Notes under the pieces: model-generated
Databases searched by the model: none
The model's input: the letters and a program-made list of their open reading frames with translations, nothing else
What the model was told of the DNA's origin: nothing
Assembly: GCA_043744255.1 (NCBI GenBank)
Contig: JAYTVA010000062.1
Location: 7,843-71,842, forward strand
DNA length: 64,000 nucleotides
Direction: 5' to 3'
DNA from: Burkholderiales bacterium
GTDB taxonomy: Bacteria > Pseudomonadota > Gammaproteobacteria > Burkholderiales > Usitatibacteraceae
Position numbers and translations under genes: made by a program
Shown: positions 29,539 to 38,742 of the stretch, piece after piece
Position numbering within the stretch: position 1 is the stretch's first letter
How the letters are laid out: each line of letters starts with the position of its first letter

Positions 29539-30414
29539 ATGAAGAATCCAACAATGATGATGAAGCAGATAGAAGCCTTCCGCATTAGCCTGAGCGACGA
29601 TGAAGTTGTTTCGTCCCAGATGTTTTTGACCGAAGCGAACAAGAGCGAAATCTTTGACGATGACGAAAGGTGGGGCTTGGCTTGCGAGCATGCCGTCGCG
29701 ATGGCCTTGAAGACGGGTTGGGCTCAGGAATACGTTGAACGGCTTGCAAAGCTCAGGGACAAGCCTAGCGAGCTTGAAAAGGTGGCCTGCGCTTACATGC
29801 AAGAACAAGTTTTCGGGGCGGCTATCGCGCTCAAACTGTTGGGTATAAATTTTCTAGACATGCCGTTGCTGGCCGAGGCTGTAAGCTTTGATGGACGGAC
29901 TAGGCACGGCGAGTCCCTCGATTTTGGGTTGATCCGGTTCCTAGTTTGGGGTGGGGCCGACATCAATCGAAGGCATGTGGGCGGTATGACTGCCCTTCAC
30001 CTTCTGGCAGCGACCAAACGAAAACCATATTCCGATCCGACGGGCGTGCGCTGGCTTCTTGAACACGGTGCCGACCCAAGTGCAACAAACTACCGCAGGG
30101 AGACCGCGCTGTCTTACCTGTGTAGAGACAGTGAGACATGGAACGATGAGGAGGGCACCAGTTTCGTCTACCTCGTGCAGGCGGGAGCTGATCCATTCCA
30201 TGTTTCCATGGGTGACACGCCATACAGCATGCTCAAAGCTATCGCGGCGAGGGAGGCCAATGCTCATGCCTTCGCTCTCATCGCCTACATGGAAAAACAC
30301 GAACAAGCGATCCGTGCGGACACGCAAAGACGTGCGGCCGAAAAATCGATTGACAGGCAGCAACACTCATTGCCGATGAAGGCGAAGGCTAAGAGGGGCG
30401 ATTCATCCCATTGA
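29539..30414 (+). CDS. Ankyrin-repeat protein
   Basis: Three ANK-like units: GGADINRRHVGGMTALHLLA, LLEHGADPSATNYRRETALSYL and LVQAGADPFHVSMGDTPYSML. Starts 8 nt after the OLD-like gene. Confidence 0.75.
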   Translation: MKNPTMMMKQIEAFRISLSDDEVVSSQMFLTEANKSEIFDDDERWGLACEHAVAMALKTGWAQEYVERLAKLRDKPSELEKVACAYMQEQVFGAAIALKLLGINFLDMPLLAEAVSFDGRTRHGESLDFGLIRFLVWGGADINRRHVGGMTALHLLAATKRKPYSDPTGVRWLLEHGADPSATNYRRETALSYLCRDSETWNDEEGTSFVYLVQAGADPFHVSMGDTPYSMLKAIAAREANAHAFALIAYMEKHEQAIRADTQRRAAEKSIDRQQHSLPMKAKAKRGDSSH

Positions 30415-30494
30415 TGAGGCTACCAGGCGCAAATCAATGAGATGCAGCGGGCATAAGCCGAGGCGGGGCTTGATCTTCGCCTGCTGACGCCTCG

Positions 30495-31019
30495 TCACGG
30501 TTTGTTGGCTTGCACAGTTTGCGATGCCGGCATGAGCTCTGCGCGGATCGCTGCGGCGTCCGGTTTTGCTTTGGACTGCCAGCGGACCGTCTTGTATCCC
30601 GCGCTGGCCAGCATCGCGTCGCGTTTGGCGTCCTTGTCGGCTTTGTGCGTTCGGTCGTCGAGCTCGATGATGGCGACCACGGCGCCTGTCTTGCGATCCT
30701 GAGCGACAAAGTCCACGAACTTTTGAGCGAACATGCCGCGCAGCCTCATGTAGGCCTTGCCTTCGCTTCTGGGCACATCGGGATCGAGGATCGACCCCAT
30801 GGCGACCTGAGGGCAAATCCGAAACTCGGGGACTGCGGCCTCAAGGCGGCCGAGGAATTCGAGTTCGTTAGGGGTCAGCAGTGGCTTGGCCTTGAACCGA
30901 TCTTTTGAGGTCTCCGAACCTGCGCCCGATGCGGCCAGCTTGGCTTTGAGCACCACCAATCCAACGGCGACAACTCCGACGATCGCCGCGATCAATACTA
31001 GGTTCGAAGTCGCGCTCAT
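30495..31019 (-). CDS. DUF2726-domain protein (membrane-anchored, endonuclease-fold-like)
   Basis: N-terminal TM helix NLVLIAAIVGVVAVGLVVL, then LTPNELEFLGRLEAAVPEFRICPQV...FVDFVAQDRKTGAVVAIIELDDRTH...RDAMLASAGYKTVRW, typical of DUF2726. RBS aaagga precedes ATG 31019. Confidence 0.75.
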   Translation of the reverse strand: MSATSNLVLIAAIVGVVAVGLVVLKAKLAASGAGSETSKDRFKAKPLLTPNELEFLGRLEAAVPEFRICPQVAMGSILDPDVPRSEGKAYMRLRGMFAQKFVDFVAQDRKTGAVVAIIELDDRTHKADKDAKRDAMLASAGYKTVRWQSKAKPDAAAIRAELMPASQTVQANKP

Positions 31020-31180
31020 GAATATCCTTTGTGTTGTTTTGTCCAAGCGCGGCCTGGAATCCGTTCAGGCCAGAGTAATTTACTGATTTTATGTGTCGGT
31101 GTCATCTTTTAGGCGCTCCAACGTAGCTACTGTTGCGAGCTTCATATTGTTTCGCGTGCTGATTTTGAGTTGACGACAGA

Positions 31181-31474
31181 TTAGGGCGGCGTTTTTTTGC
31201 CCAAGCTTGCCATGCGTTCTTTAAGGCATTGGGCTCCAAGCTGATTCTTCTCTTCGAGGTTTCGGGCATTGCGCGCAGATAAATCGTTGCAGTCTCTGCT
31301 AATGGCCGCGATCTCATTGGCGTTTGCGGTGAGAGCGTTCACTCCGGACTTGATCATTGATGTTTCAAGGGGGTAAATTAAAAAGGCGAAGAAAACTCCG
31401 GCGGCCAGCCTCAGTCCGATACTGCGAAATGACGATCGGTTTTTCCCCACTGGCGCCTCCCTATTCAAAGGCAT
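31181..31474 (-). CDS. Hypothetical small membrane-anchored protein
   Basis: One hydrophobic helix (LRLAAGVFFAFLIY) then a helical tail. The evidence is weak: ORF only. Confidence 0.25.
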   Translation of the reverse strand: MPLNREAPVGKNRSSFRSIGLRLAAGVFFAFLIYPLETSMIKSGVNALTANANEIAAISRDCNDLSARNARNLEEKNQLGAQCLKERMASLGKKTPP

Positions 31475-31624
31475 TTCCCTTGATGGAGATGCACAAGTCA
31501 AGCGGATCAAGCCGAGCAATGACAGACGGATCACTCGGCCTTGGAAAATCGGTCAAGTGAGCGCCATCGTTCGCGGTTGTTTGCCTTCGCCGAGGTGGAC
31601 CGGCACACGACAACGAATTCCTCA

Positions 31625-32206
31625 TCAAATGGGGTCGAAGTGCGCGATGGTGTCGATCGCTCCGAGTTTGCCGATGTCGATGGTGAACTCGGATTCGCCC
31701 AGGTAGAGGGTGTGCTTTTAGGGGCCTGCGATGATTGTGGCGGAGGGGGCTGTAACGCGCAGGACCACGCCACCCCTGCCGACAGCATTGAGTCCCCGGG
31801 CGAACATCTCAGCTATCTCTTGCTTGTCGCTCCATGCGATGCCGATGAGGCCGGCCTCAAAGCGGTCGATGTTCTCCCCGCGATAGAGGACCAAGTCTGG
31901 CCCAACGTATCGAGGCAGCCAGACCCGAAGCATGTCGATCAGCAGGTCGTCGTCATCCACGAGCTCGCGCAGAAAGTGATGGCATGCGTGCCACTGCGTG
32001 TGGAAGCGTTCGGCGAGCTGCTTTGACGAGGGCGGCAGGCCTGCCAAGTCGCGGATCAAGTCGCTCCACTCAGCCTCATGTTTCGCCCTGTCGGCGCTGC
32101 CAAGCAGAGGCCCGAATGCCTTGCCCGCCAGGATGTGGCCCAGCAGTGGTGGGTAGGCTCCGAGGGTCGATTCGCCGTAGGCTGTGGAGCCGTCAGGTGC
32201 CGTCAT
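31625..32206 (-). pseudogene. ADP-ribosyltransferase-like ORF interrupted by an in-frame TAA (31718-31720)
   Basis: The 162-aa ORF ends ..VVLRVTAPSATIIAGP*. The same frame continues KHTLYLGESEFTIDIGKLGAIDTIAHFDPI* (my translation). LYRG ... AWSD ... ESE resembles the R-S-ExE order of ART toxins. Confidence 0.35.
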
Positions 32207-32352
32207 TTGTCCACACGCTTTTCGGGGATCAAAGGGGGACTGGGCGCATGACTTACAGCCATATCTTGAGCATTCATGCGCCTTAAAAAGTCATGCGCGT
32301 GTAGTGCGCCATCATGGGGGTGTGTTGCGTTTGTTTGGCGCTATCGGCTTGC

Positions 32353-32565
32353 TTAAGCATAGAACTGGTGTGTGCCGTCAAGCGAGCTTCTGATCTTGCG
32401 TGTGAAATCGGCGACTTGCTGCGTGCGACTCCCCGTCTTGCTATTGGCGTAACCGAAGGCGTTGAGTAGCGGGGTGGACGTCTGAGCAATCGGCTCGACG
32501 ATGAACGGCGTGGGTACGCCATGAATATTTTCTCGAAGCTGCTGAGTACTTTCTGCTGGGGGCAT
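32353..32565 (-). CDS. Hypothetical small protein immediately downstream of vapC
   Basis: The ATG lies 5 nt after the vapC stop. The 70-aa sequence is protein-like (..VPTPFIVEPIAQTSTPLLNAFGYANSK..). No motif recognised. Confidence 0.25.
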   Translation of the reverse strand: MPPAESTQQLRENIHGVPTPFIVEPIAQTSTPLLNAFGYANSKTGSRTQQVADFTRKIRSSLDGTHQFYA

Positions 32566-32569
32566 ATTG

Positions 32570-33004
32570 CTATCGTTTCGGATTCGTCATGTCCGCACCT
32601 GCTTGCCCTTGCCAGTCTTCGATTTGCAAGTTGGGAACGCGCGCGAATTCGTTTGTATTGTGCGTTACCAATGTGAGTTCATTGGTTTGTGCAATTGCTG
32701 CGATGAGCAGATCGTTACCGCCGATCAAGTCGCCCGCGCGTTGGAGATGTGCGCGAATTTCACCGTAGCACTCGGCCGCCGCATCGTCGAATGGCAGGCG
32801 CGGCCATGTACCAAAAGCGGCTTGCAATTTTGCCAACTCCGCCTGGGGATTTTGCGCAAGTTGCGCACCGCATTGCAACTCCGCCCAAACAATGCTGCAC
32901 AGCGCCAAGTCACTTAACTCCCTAGCGGCGAGACTTGCCTTTAGTGCCGTATTTCGCCCGCGCAGAATTTCAATGCAGACGTTGGTATCGAGCAGGTAAC
33001 GCAT
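32570..33004 (-). CDS. vapC: PIN-domain toxin VapC
   Basis: MRYLLDTNVCIEIL (first acidic residue), ..SIVWAELQCG.., ..GGNDLLIAAIA.., ..LVTHNTNEF. The start overlaps the antitoxin stop (TGATG). Confidence 0.85.
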   Translation of the reverse strand: MRYLLDTNVCIEILRGRNTALKASLAARELSDLALCSIVWAELQCGAQLAQNPQAELAKLQAAFGTWPRLPFDDAAAECYGEIRAHLQRAGDLIGGNDLLIAAIAQTNELTLVTHNTNEFARVPNLQIEDWQGQAGADMTNPKR

Positions 33005-33210
33005 CACAATCTTGGCGTATCGCGCAACGGTAGCGCTTGTATTCTTTCCGGAAAATCAGGTGCTGCTCCCCAAGCCCGTTCAAACCACGCAGGGTCGGCT
33101 TGTTGCTTGCTTTTCGCGTGAAGATACCCAATGAAATCGAGTACCTCTCGCTGAAATTCAGGGGGCAGTGCACTCGCCTGCTTGTCAATTGCTGCGATCA
33201 AATTGTTCAT
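33004..33210 (-). CDS. vapB: VapB-type antitoxin (DUF2281-like)
   Basis: 68 aa, directly upstream of and overlapping vapC. LPPEFQREVLDFIGYLHAK resembles DUF2281-type antitoxins. Confidence 0.7.
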   Translation of the reverse strand: MNNLIAAIDKQASALPPEFQREVLDFIGYLHAKSKQQADPAWFERAWGAAPDFPERIQALPLRDTPRL

Positions 33211-33708
33211 TGAGTTGTTCCTTCCGGATGTTGCCGTTTGGTCTTCAAATTGTCGGGCTATATTGCGCGAACCTGATCAGATCTGCTAAATCACGCCGCA
33301 ATCTGTCGATCACGCCGTCAACGTCACGCGCTACCATCGCACGACACTAATTCTACTTTGAACTTTGCAAGCTTCCCTACGGTTTGAGGGCGCTCTCTCG
33401 CGCAGGCGAACAAATTCTCCATCTTGCCGGATTCAGTGATAATTAGCGGTGGTGGCTAGCCGCGCCGTTGCTCGCGGGTTGCGGCGACTGCGTCTTGCCC
33501 GCTACGCCATGATTTGCCAACCTTCGCGGCCAATTCCTCGATTCCACGCTGGAGCGCGTCGGCCTTGGCTCTGCGAGACAGATCGTTGGGCATTTCAGTA
33601 GTGGTAATTTTGCGTCTCTGCATAAATATGGAAATCTATATTTACGTATGCTCACGTTGGTTGTAGATTCAACACCGCGATTCGAGGCGGCCATTCTGGA
33701 ATGTGGAA

Positions 33709-33745
33709 GCGTCCAATCCGGAATTTAGCTGCGTCCAATCCGGAA
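33709..33745. repeat. 15-bp direct repeat x2 (gcgtccaatccggaa) just 3' of suhB
   Basis: Copies at 33709-33723 and 33731-33745 are identical and separated by 7 nt. They sit 16 nt from the suhB stop, at the island/core boundary. Confidence 0.8.
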
Positions 33746-33760
33746 AGTAACGCCCCAAAC

Positions 33761-34549
33761 CTACCGATGCGCTTGCACAATCTGCAACAACTGCGGAAAC
33801 ACCTTCGGCGTGCCGGTGACGATATTGCCCGCATCCAAATAATTGCTATCGCCGTTGAAATCGGTGATGAGCCCACCCGCTTCGAGAATCATCAGCCCGC
33901 CCGCCGCGACGTCCCACGGCTGCAATCCCATTTCCCAGAACGCGTCGTAGTGGCCGCAGGCGACGTAGGCGAGATCGAGTGCGGCGGCTCCGGGGCGGCG
34001 CACGCCAGCGCATTTCATCGTGACTTCTTTGAATTGCGCGAGGTATTGATCGAACTTGGCGCCGTCGCGGAACGGAAAGCCCGTGCCGATCAGGCTGTCT
34101 TTGAGATTGACGGTTTTGGAAACGCGGATACGGCGGTCATTCAAAAATGCACCTGCGCCGCGCGTGGCGGTGAAGAGGTCGTTGCGGGTGGGGTCAAAAA
34201 TCGCGCCGTGGGTGACCACGCCTTTGACCGAGAGCGCAATCGACACGCAAAATTGCGGCAAGCCATGCAAAAAATTGGTGGTGCCATCGAGCGGGTCGAT
34301 GATCCATTTGTATTCGCTGTCGGTGGCCGATTTTGATTCGCCGGACTCTTCGGCGAGGATGCTATGCTGGGGATACGATTCGCGGATCGTCTCAATGATG
34401 GTTTGTTCAGCCGCGCGATCAACTTCAGAGACGAAATCGTTATGCGCCTTGCGCTCAACGGTGAGCTTATCGAGGTCGTGGGATGCGCGGTTGATGATGG
34501 CGCCGGCACGGCGCGCGGCTTTCACCGCGACATTGAGCATGGGATGCAT
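33761..34549 (-). CDS. suhB: Inositol monophosphatase family protein SuhB
   Basis: [16 protein letters not shown]..., [12 protein letters not shown] and the DAAG-type C-terminal motif WDVAAG. Confidence 0.9.
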   Translation of the reverse strand: MHPMLNVAVKAARRAGAIINRASHDLDKLTVERKAHNDFVSEVDRAAEQTIIETIRESYPQHSILAEESGESKSATDSEYKWIIDPLDGTTNFLHGLPQFCVSIALSVKGVVTHGAIFDPTRNDLFTATRGAGAFLNDRRIRVSKTVNLKDSLIGTGFPFRDGAKFDQYLAQFKEVTMKCAGVRRPGAAALDLAYVACGHYDAFWEMGLQPWDVAAGGLMILEAGGLITDFNGDSNYLDAGNIVTGTPKVFPQLLQIVQAHR

Positions 34550-34590
34550 GGGTTCACATTTTCATTAAAGAGCAGAAGCCGAATTTTACT

Positions 34591-35352
34591 ATGAGCACCC
34601 CGCCCACGTCTTCCCCTTTGTTGCCGCGCGTGCGCATCGTCATGTGCGAGACCTCGCATCCCGGTAATGTCGGCAGTGCCGCGCGCGCGATGAAGACTAT
34701 GGGGCTGACGGATCTTGTGTTGGTCGCGCCAAAATTGCCGAACGTCACGCAACATGAAAACGCCATCGCGCTCGCCTCAGGTGCCACCGATGTGCTTGGA
34801 AACGCCCGTGTGGTGCGGACTTTGATGGAGGCGATCAGTGATACGCGCTTTGCGGTGGCGTTCACGGCAAGGCGGCGCGAGCTGTCGCACCCAATTGTGG
34901 ATTTGCGCGAAGCGATTGCGCAATCGTTCACCGAGCTTGCTGGTGATCCCGCCGCCAAAATCGCGTTGGTGTTCGGCAACGAAGCCATGTGCCTATCGAA
35001 CGAAGATGTCGATCAATGCCAACTCGCCGCCACCATCCCCGCGAATTCTGAATACTCATCGCTCAATGTCGCGCAGTCGATTCAGGTCGCGGCCTATGAG
35101 GCGATGATGCAGGCGAGTGTATTTGCCGTTGAAGATCATCCGTCGCGACCCGTCGCAAGTGTCGGTGAAGTGGATCGCATGCTCGCGCATCTGGAAGCGG
35201 CGGCAGTTGAATCCGGCTTTCTCGACCCCGCCGCACCGAAAAAATTTATGACGCGTATGCAACGCTTGTTCACCCGCGCGCGCATGGAGCAGGAAGAGGT
35301 GGCGATTTTTCGTGGACTGCTTGCAGCGTTTCAAAAACAAAAACCGCATTAG
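34591..35352 (+). CDS. trmJ: tRNA (cytidine/uridine-2'-O)-methyltransferase TrmJ (SpoU family)
   Basis: RIVMCETSHPGNVGSAARAMKTMGL, ALVFGNE and SLNVAQS motifs. Divergent from suhB, as in many proteobacteria. Confidence 0.85.
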   Translation: MSTPPTSSPLLPRVRIVMCETSHPGNVGSAARAMKTMGLTDLVLVAPKLPNVTQHENAIALASGATDVLGNARVVRTLMEAISDTRFAVAFTARRRELSHPIVDLREAIAQSFTELAGDPAAKIALVFGNEAMCLSNEDVDQCQLAATIPANSEYSSLNVAQSIQVAAYEAMMQASVFAVEDHPSRPVASVGEVDRMLAHLEAAAVESGFLDPAAPKKFMTRMQRLFTRARMEQEEVAIFRGLLAAFQKQKPH

Positions 35353-35370
35353 AATTCTGAGATGTCCTAG

Positions 35371-35423
35371 CCCTCCCTTGACGGGGGAGGGGTTGGGGAG
35401 AGGGTGACGGTTGCGAGGTCACC
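35371..35423. repeat. REP-like G-rich hairpins after trmJ
   Basis: ccctccc-ttgacgg-gggaggg (35371-35391) and ggtgac-N9-gtcacc (35403-35423). Confidence 0.4.
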
Positions 35424-35448
35424 TAACCTAGCTACGATTGAAATAACA

Positions 35449-36159
35449 ATGTTTACCCACTTGAAAGAAGACATCGCCAGCGTCTACGCCCGCGACCCCG
35501 CCGCCCGCAACGCTTGGGAGGTACTGACCTGTTACCCCGGCATGCACGCCATCTGGTTGCATCGCGGCATCTCGCACCCGCTGTGGAAAATGGGCTTGAA
35601 GTGGCTCGCGCGCTTTGTCGCCAACATTGGTCGCGCCTTCACCGGCGTCGAAATTCATCCCGGTGCCACGCTCGGTCGCCGGGTATTTTTTGACCACGCC
35701 ATCGGCATCGTTATCGGCGAAACCGCCGAGATCGGCGACGACTGCACGCTCTATCACGGCGTCACACTCGGCGGCGTGTCGTGGAACAAAGGCAAGCGCC
35801 ATCCCACGCTCGAGGCTGGCGTCACGGTCGGCGCAGGGGCAAAAATTCTCGGCCCATTCTCGGTCGGCGCTGGTGCCAAGATTGGCTCGAATAGCGTTGT
35901 GGTCAAAGCCGTGCCCGCAGGGGCCACGGTGGTGGGCATTCCCGCGCGGATCGTTGAAGGTGTCAGCGGTGAAGCGGGACACGCGTTTTCGGCCTATGCC
36001 GTGACCACCAACGAAAACGATCCTCTGAATGCGGTGCTCAAAACGTTGGCGGCGCGCTCGGATTCTTCTGACGCGCTGATCGAGGCGTTGTTAAAACGGA
36101 TCGAATCGCTGGAAGCGGAGAAAAAACTACAGCCGACCAACAAGGCGGTCGGTTTCTAA
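35449..36159 (+). CDS. cysE: Serine O-acetyltransferase
   Basis: [21 protein letters not shown]... and hexapeptide repeats ([32 protein letters not shown]). Confidence 0.9.
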   Translation: MFTHLKEDIASVYARDPAARNAWEVLTCYPGMHAIWLHRGISHPLWKMGLKWLARFVANIGRAFTGVEIHPGATLGRRVFFDHAIGIVIGETAEIGDDCTLYHGVTLGGVSWNKGKRHPTLEAGVTVGAGAKILGPFSVGAGAKIGSNSVVVKAVPAGATVVGIPARIVEGVSGEAGHAFSAYAVTTNENDPLNAVLKTLAARSDSSDALIEALLKRIESLEAEKKLQPTNKAVGF

Positions 36160-36357
36160 TTGCGTTTCTTGGCCGCTGTCGCGTTGAATATGTTCGCGGC
36201 AAAATGCGCCGAAACGCCCTTGGATAGTCGGGTTTGAGGGTTCGATCCGCCCGCATGCGCTGTGCGTGCTTGTCCATGAAGCGTTGGTCGTACGGAAGAA
36301 ATCTGCGGCGACGACTGCGCATTCCGCCACTCAATTTTTCTGCAACTTTTACCGCGA

Positions 36358-36405
36358 ATAGTTGACTAATCTACTCAGGATTACTAAAATTGAGTCGCTT
36401 AATCG
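36358..36405 (+). promoter_or_regulatory. iscR promoter with IscR type-1-like operator(s)
   Basis: ATAGTTGACTAATCTACTCAGGATT (36358-36382) fits the type-1 IscR consensus ATASYYGACTRWWWYAGTCRRSTAT. The -35 TTGACT (36362-67) and -10 TAAAAT (36385-90) are 17 nt apart. A second half-site, TTGAGTCGCTTAAT, follows. Confidence 0.6.
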
Positions 36406-36479
36406 AGATTCAGAGTTGAGATTAAGAATCGGGGTTGAGTGGGGCTGAATGGAATTGAAATTATGGACGAAGGTTCCCA

Positions 36480-36953
36480 ATGAGATTGACCACCAAAGGC
36501 CGCTTTGCCGTTACCGCGATGCTTGATTTGGCGATGCACGCCGATCAGGGTCCGGTGACGCTCGCCAACATTAGCGAGCGGCAAAAAATCTCGCTCTCTT
36601 ATTTGGAGCAACTATTTGGCAAGCTTCGTCGCGGCGCGCTCGTGGCCAGCGTGCGCGGTCCGGGCGGCGGGTATCGCCTCGGTAAGCCAGCGCAGCAGCT
36701 CAATGTGGCCGACATTATCGTCGCGGTGGAAGAGCCGATTGATTCGCGCCAGTGTGAAGGCAAGGACAATTGCCTCGGCGAGAAACGCTGTATGACCCAC
36801 GAACTGTGGGAGAGTTTGAATGAGACGGTGTTGAATTACCTCGGTGGCGTCACGCTGGCGAGTTTGATGGAGCAGCAAAAAGTGAAGGCGGTGATTCGCC
36901 CCGCCAATATTGGCCGAGTGCGTCCGCGCGCGAGTGCTGCGGCCACGGTCTGA
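36480..36953 (+). CDS. iscR: Fe-S cluster assembly transcriptional regulator IscR (Rrf2 family)
   Basis: [18 protein letters not shown]... and a cysteine cluster C-x..C-x5-C ([22 protein letters not shown]). Confidence 0.95.
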   Translation: MRLTTKGRFAVTAMLDLAMHADQGPVTLANISERQKISLSYLEQLFGKLRRGALVASVRGPGGGYRLGKPAQQLNVADIIVAVEEPIDSRQCEGKDNCLGEKRCMTHELWESLNETVLNYLGGVTLASLMEQQKVKAVIRPANIGRVRPRASAAATV

Positions 36954-36970
36954 TTTTTGAGAGCAAGCAA

Positions 36971-38179
36971 ATGAAACAACCTATCTACCTCGATTACTCT
37001 GCGACCACGCCGGTTGATCCGCGCGTAGCGGCAAAAATGATTCCGTATCTCACCGAGATGTACGGCAACCCCGCGTCGCGCAGCCACAGCTATGGCTGGA
37101 CGGCTGAAGAAGCGGTGGAAGCGGCGCGCGTGGAAGTCGCGAAGCTGGTCAATTGCGATGAAAAAGAGATCGTTTGGACTTCCGGTGCAACCGAGTCGAT
37201 CAACCTCGCCGTCAAGGGCGCAGCGAATTTCTACCAGACCAAAGGTAAGCATCTCATCACGCTCAAAACCGAGCACAAGGCCACGCTCGATACGTTCCGC
37301 GAATTAGAGCGGCAGGGTTTTGAGGCGACGTATTTGGATGTATTGGAAAACGGCCTCGTTGACCTCGACGTGTTCAAGTCGGCCCTGCGCCCAGATACGA
37401 TTGTGGTGTCGATTCTGTATGTGAATAACGAGATTGGCGTGATTCAACCGATTGCCGAGATCGGCGAAATTTGTCGCGAGCGCGGCATTATTTTTCACGT
37501 CGATGCGGCACAAGCGACCGGCAAAGTGGTGGTCGATTTGCAAACCCTCAAAGTGGATTTGATGAGTTTTTGCGCACACAAAACCTATGGCCCGAAAGGT
37601 GTCGGCGCGTTGTTCGTGCGCCGTAAACCGCGTGTGCGCTTAGAGGCGCAAATGCACGGCGGTGGTCATGAGCGCGGTTTCCGTTCGGGTACGCTGGCCA
37701 CACATCAACTGGTTGGTATGGGTGAATGCTTCCGCTTGGCGCGTCTGGAAATGGCGACCGAGAACGAACGCATCCGCATGTTGCGTGATCGCCTGCTCAA
37801 TGGCATCAAGGATATGGAAGAGGTCTACGTCAACGGCGATCTCGAACAGCGCGTGCCGCATAACCTCAACGTGAGTTTCAATTTCGTCGAGGGCGAATCG
37901 CTCATCATGGGCATCAAGGAGTTGGCGGTGTCATCAGGTTCCGCGTGTACCTCGGCGTCGTTGGAGCCCTCGTATGTGTTGCGCGCGCTGGGTCGTAACG
38001 ATGAGTTGGCGCATTCCTCGATCCGTTTCACAATCGGGCGTTTCACGAACGAAGCCGACATCGACTTCGCCATCAAGTTATTGAAAGAGCGCATTCAAAA
38101 GCTGCGCGATATGTCGCCACTCTGGGAAATGTTCAAGGATGGCGTGGACTTGAATAGCGTGCAGTGGGCGGCACATTAA
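36971..38179 (+). CDS. iscS: Cysteine desulfurase IscS
   Basis: [27 protein letters not shown] (PLP Lys), SSGSACTS (active Cys) and C-terminal VQWAAH. Confidence 0.97.
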   Translation: MKQPIYLDYSATTPVDPRVAAKMIPYLTEMYGNPASRSHSYGWTAEEAVEAARVEVAKLVNCDEKEIVWTSGATESINLAVKGAANFYQTKGKHLITLKTEHKATLDTFRELERQGFEATYLDVLENGLVDLDVFKSALRPDTIVVSILYVNNEIGVIQPIAEIGEICRERGIIFHVDAAQATGKVVVDLQTLKVDLMSFCAHKTYGPKGVGALFVRRKPRVRLEAQMHGGGHERGFRSGTLATHQLVGMGECFRLARLEMATENERIRMLRDRLLNGIKDMEEVYVNGDLEQRVPHNLNVSFNFVEGESLIMGIKELAVSSGSACTSASLEPSYVLRALGRNDELAHSSIRFTIGRFTNEADIDFAIKLLKERIQKLRDMSPLWEMFKDGVDLNSVQWAAH

Positions 38180-38184
38180 GTTGA

Positions 38185-38245
38185 ACAGCCAAAAGTAAAA
38201 CAGCCAAAAGTAAAACAGCCAAAAGTAAAAACCTACTTTTGGCTG
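38185..38245 (+). repeat. 15-bp tandem repeat x3 plus a complementary arm in the iscS-iscU spacer
   Basis: acagccaaaagtaaa x3 (38185-38229), then tacttttggctg (38234-38245). The last unit forms a perfect 12-bp hairpin (38216-38245), and each of the other units could pair with the same arm. Confidence 0.85.
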
Positions 38246-38335
38246 GGAAAGTTAGGGCAATTCGCGGGCGGAGCCCGACGAATTGCGGAACGTAAAACCG
38301 GGTGAGGCAGGCAGTCTGACGCAAGGAGTACGAAA

Positions 38336-38740
38336 ATGGCATACAGCACAAAAGTTATCGACCACTATGAGAATCCACGTAACGTGGGCTCGTTCGGCAA
38401 AGATGAAGATGGTGTGGCGACCGGCATGGTCGGCGCACCGGCGTGCGGCGACGTGATGAAATTGCAGATCAAGGTCGGCGCCGACGGCATCATTCAAGAT
38501 GCCAAATTCAAGACCTATGGCTGCGGTTCGGCGATTGCTTCGTCTTCGCTCGTCACGGAGTGGGTCAAAGGCAAATCCCTCGATGAGGCGGGTGAAATCA
38601 AAAATACGCAAATCGCTGAAGAGCTTGCGCTGCCGCCGGTGAAGATTCACTGCTCCATTCTCGCCGAAGATGCGATCAAGGCGGCCATTGCTGATTACAA
38701 GGCGCGGCACGGCGAAGGCTTGAAAGCGGCTGCGGAATAA
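38336..38740 (+). CDS. iscU: Fe-S cluster scaffold IscU
   Basis: [49 protein letters not shown]. Confidence 0.97.
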   Translation: MAYSTKVIDHYENPRNVGSFGKDEDGVATGMVGAPACGDVMKLQIKVGADGIIQDAKFKTYGCGSAIASSSLVTEWVKGKSLDEAGEIKNTQIAEELALPPVKIHCSILAEDAIKAAIADYKARHGEGLKAAAE

Positions 38741-38742
38741 TC

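Larger units (their letters stand above)
1..33750. mobile_element. Genomic island / integrative (conjugative or mobilizable) element fragment with defence cargo. The left end is outside the window. The right junction lies somewhere between vapB (33210) and suhB (33761).
   Basis: Contains an integrase, AlpA-like HTH, T4SS coupling protein, ArdC and S24 peptidase, followed by R-M, helicase/MTase/ATPase, OLD-like and TA genes. Composition is patchy, with A+T-rich stretches. Conserved housekeeping genes begin abruptly at 33761. No att repeats or flanking tRNA were found by eye. Confidence 0.6.

Noticed and set aside
33443-33694. 83-aa minus-strand ORF in the junction region
   Set aside because: The sequence is not protein-like. 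A different frame holds a tidier 45-aa ORF (33456-33593), which itself is too short and unsupported to call as a gene.
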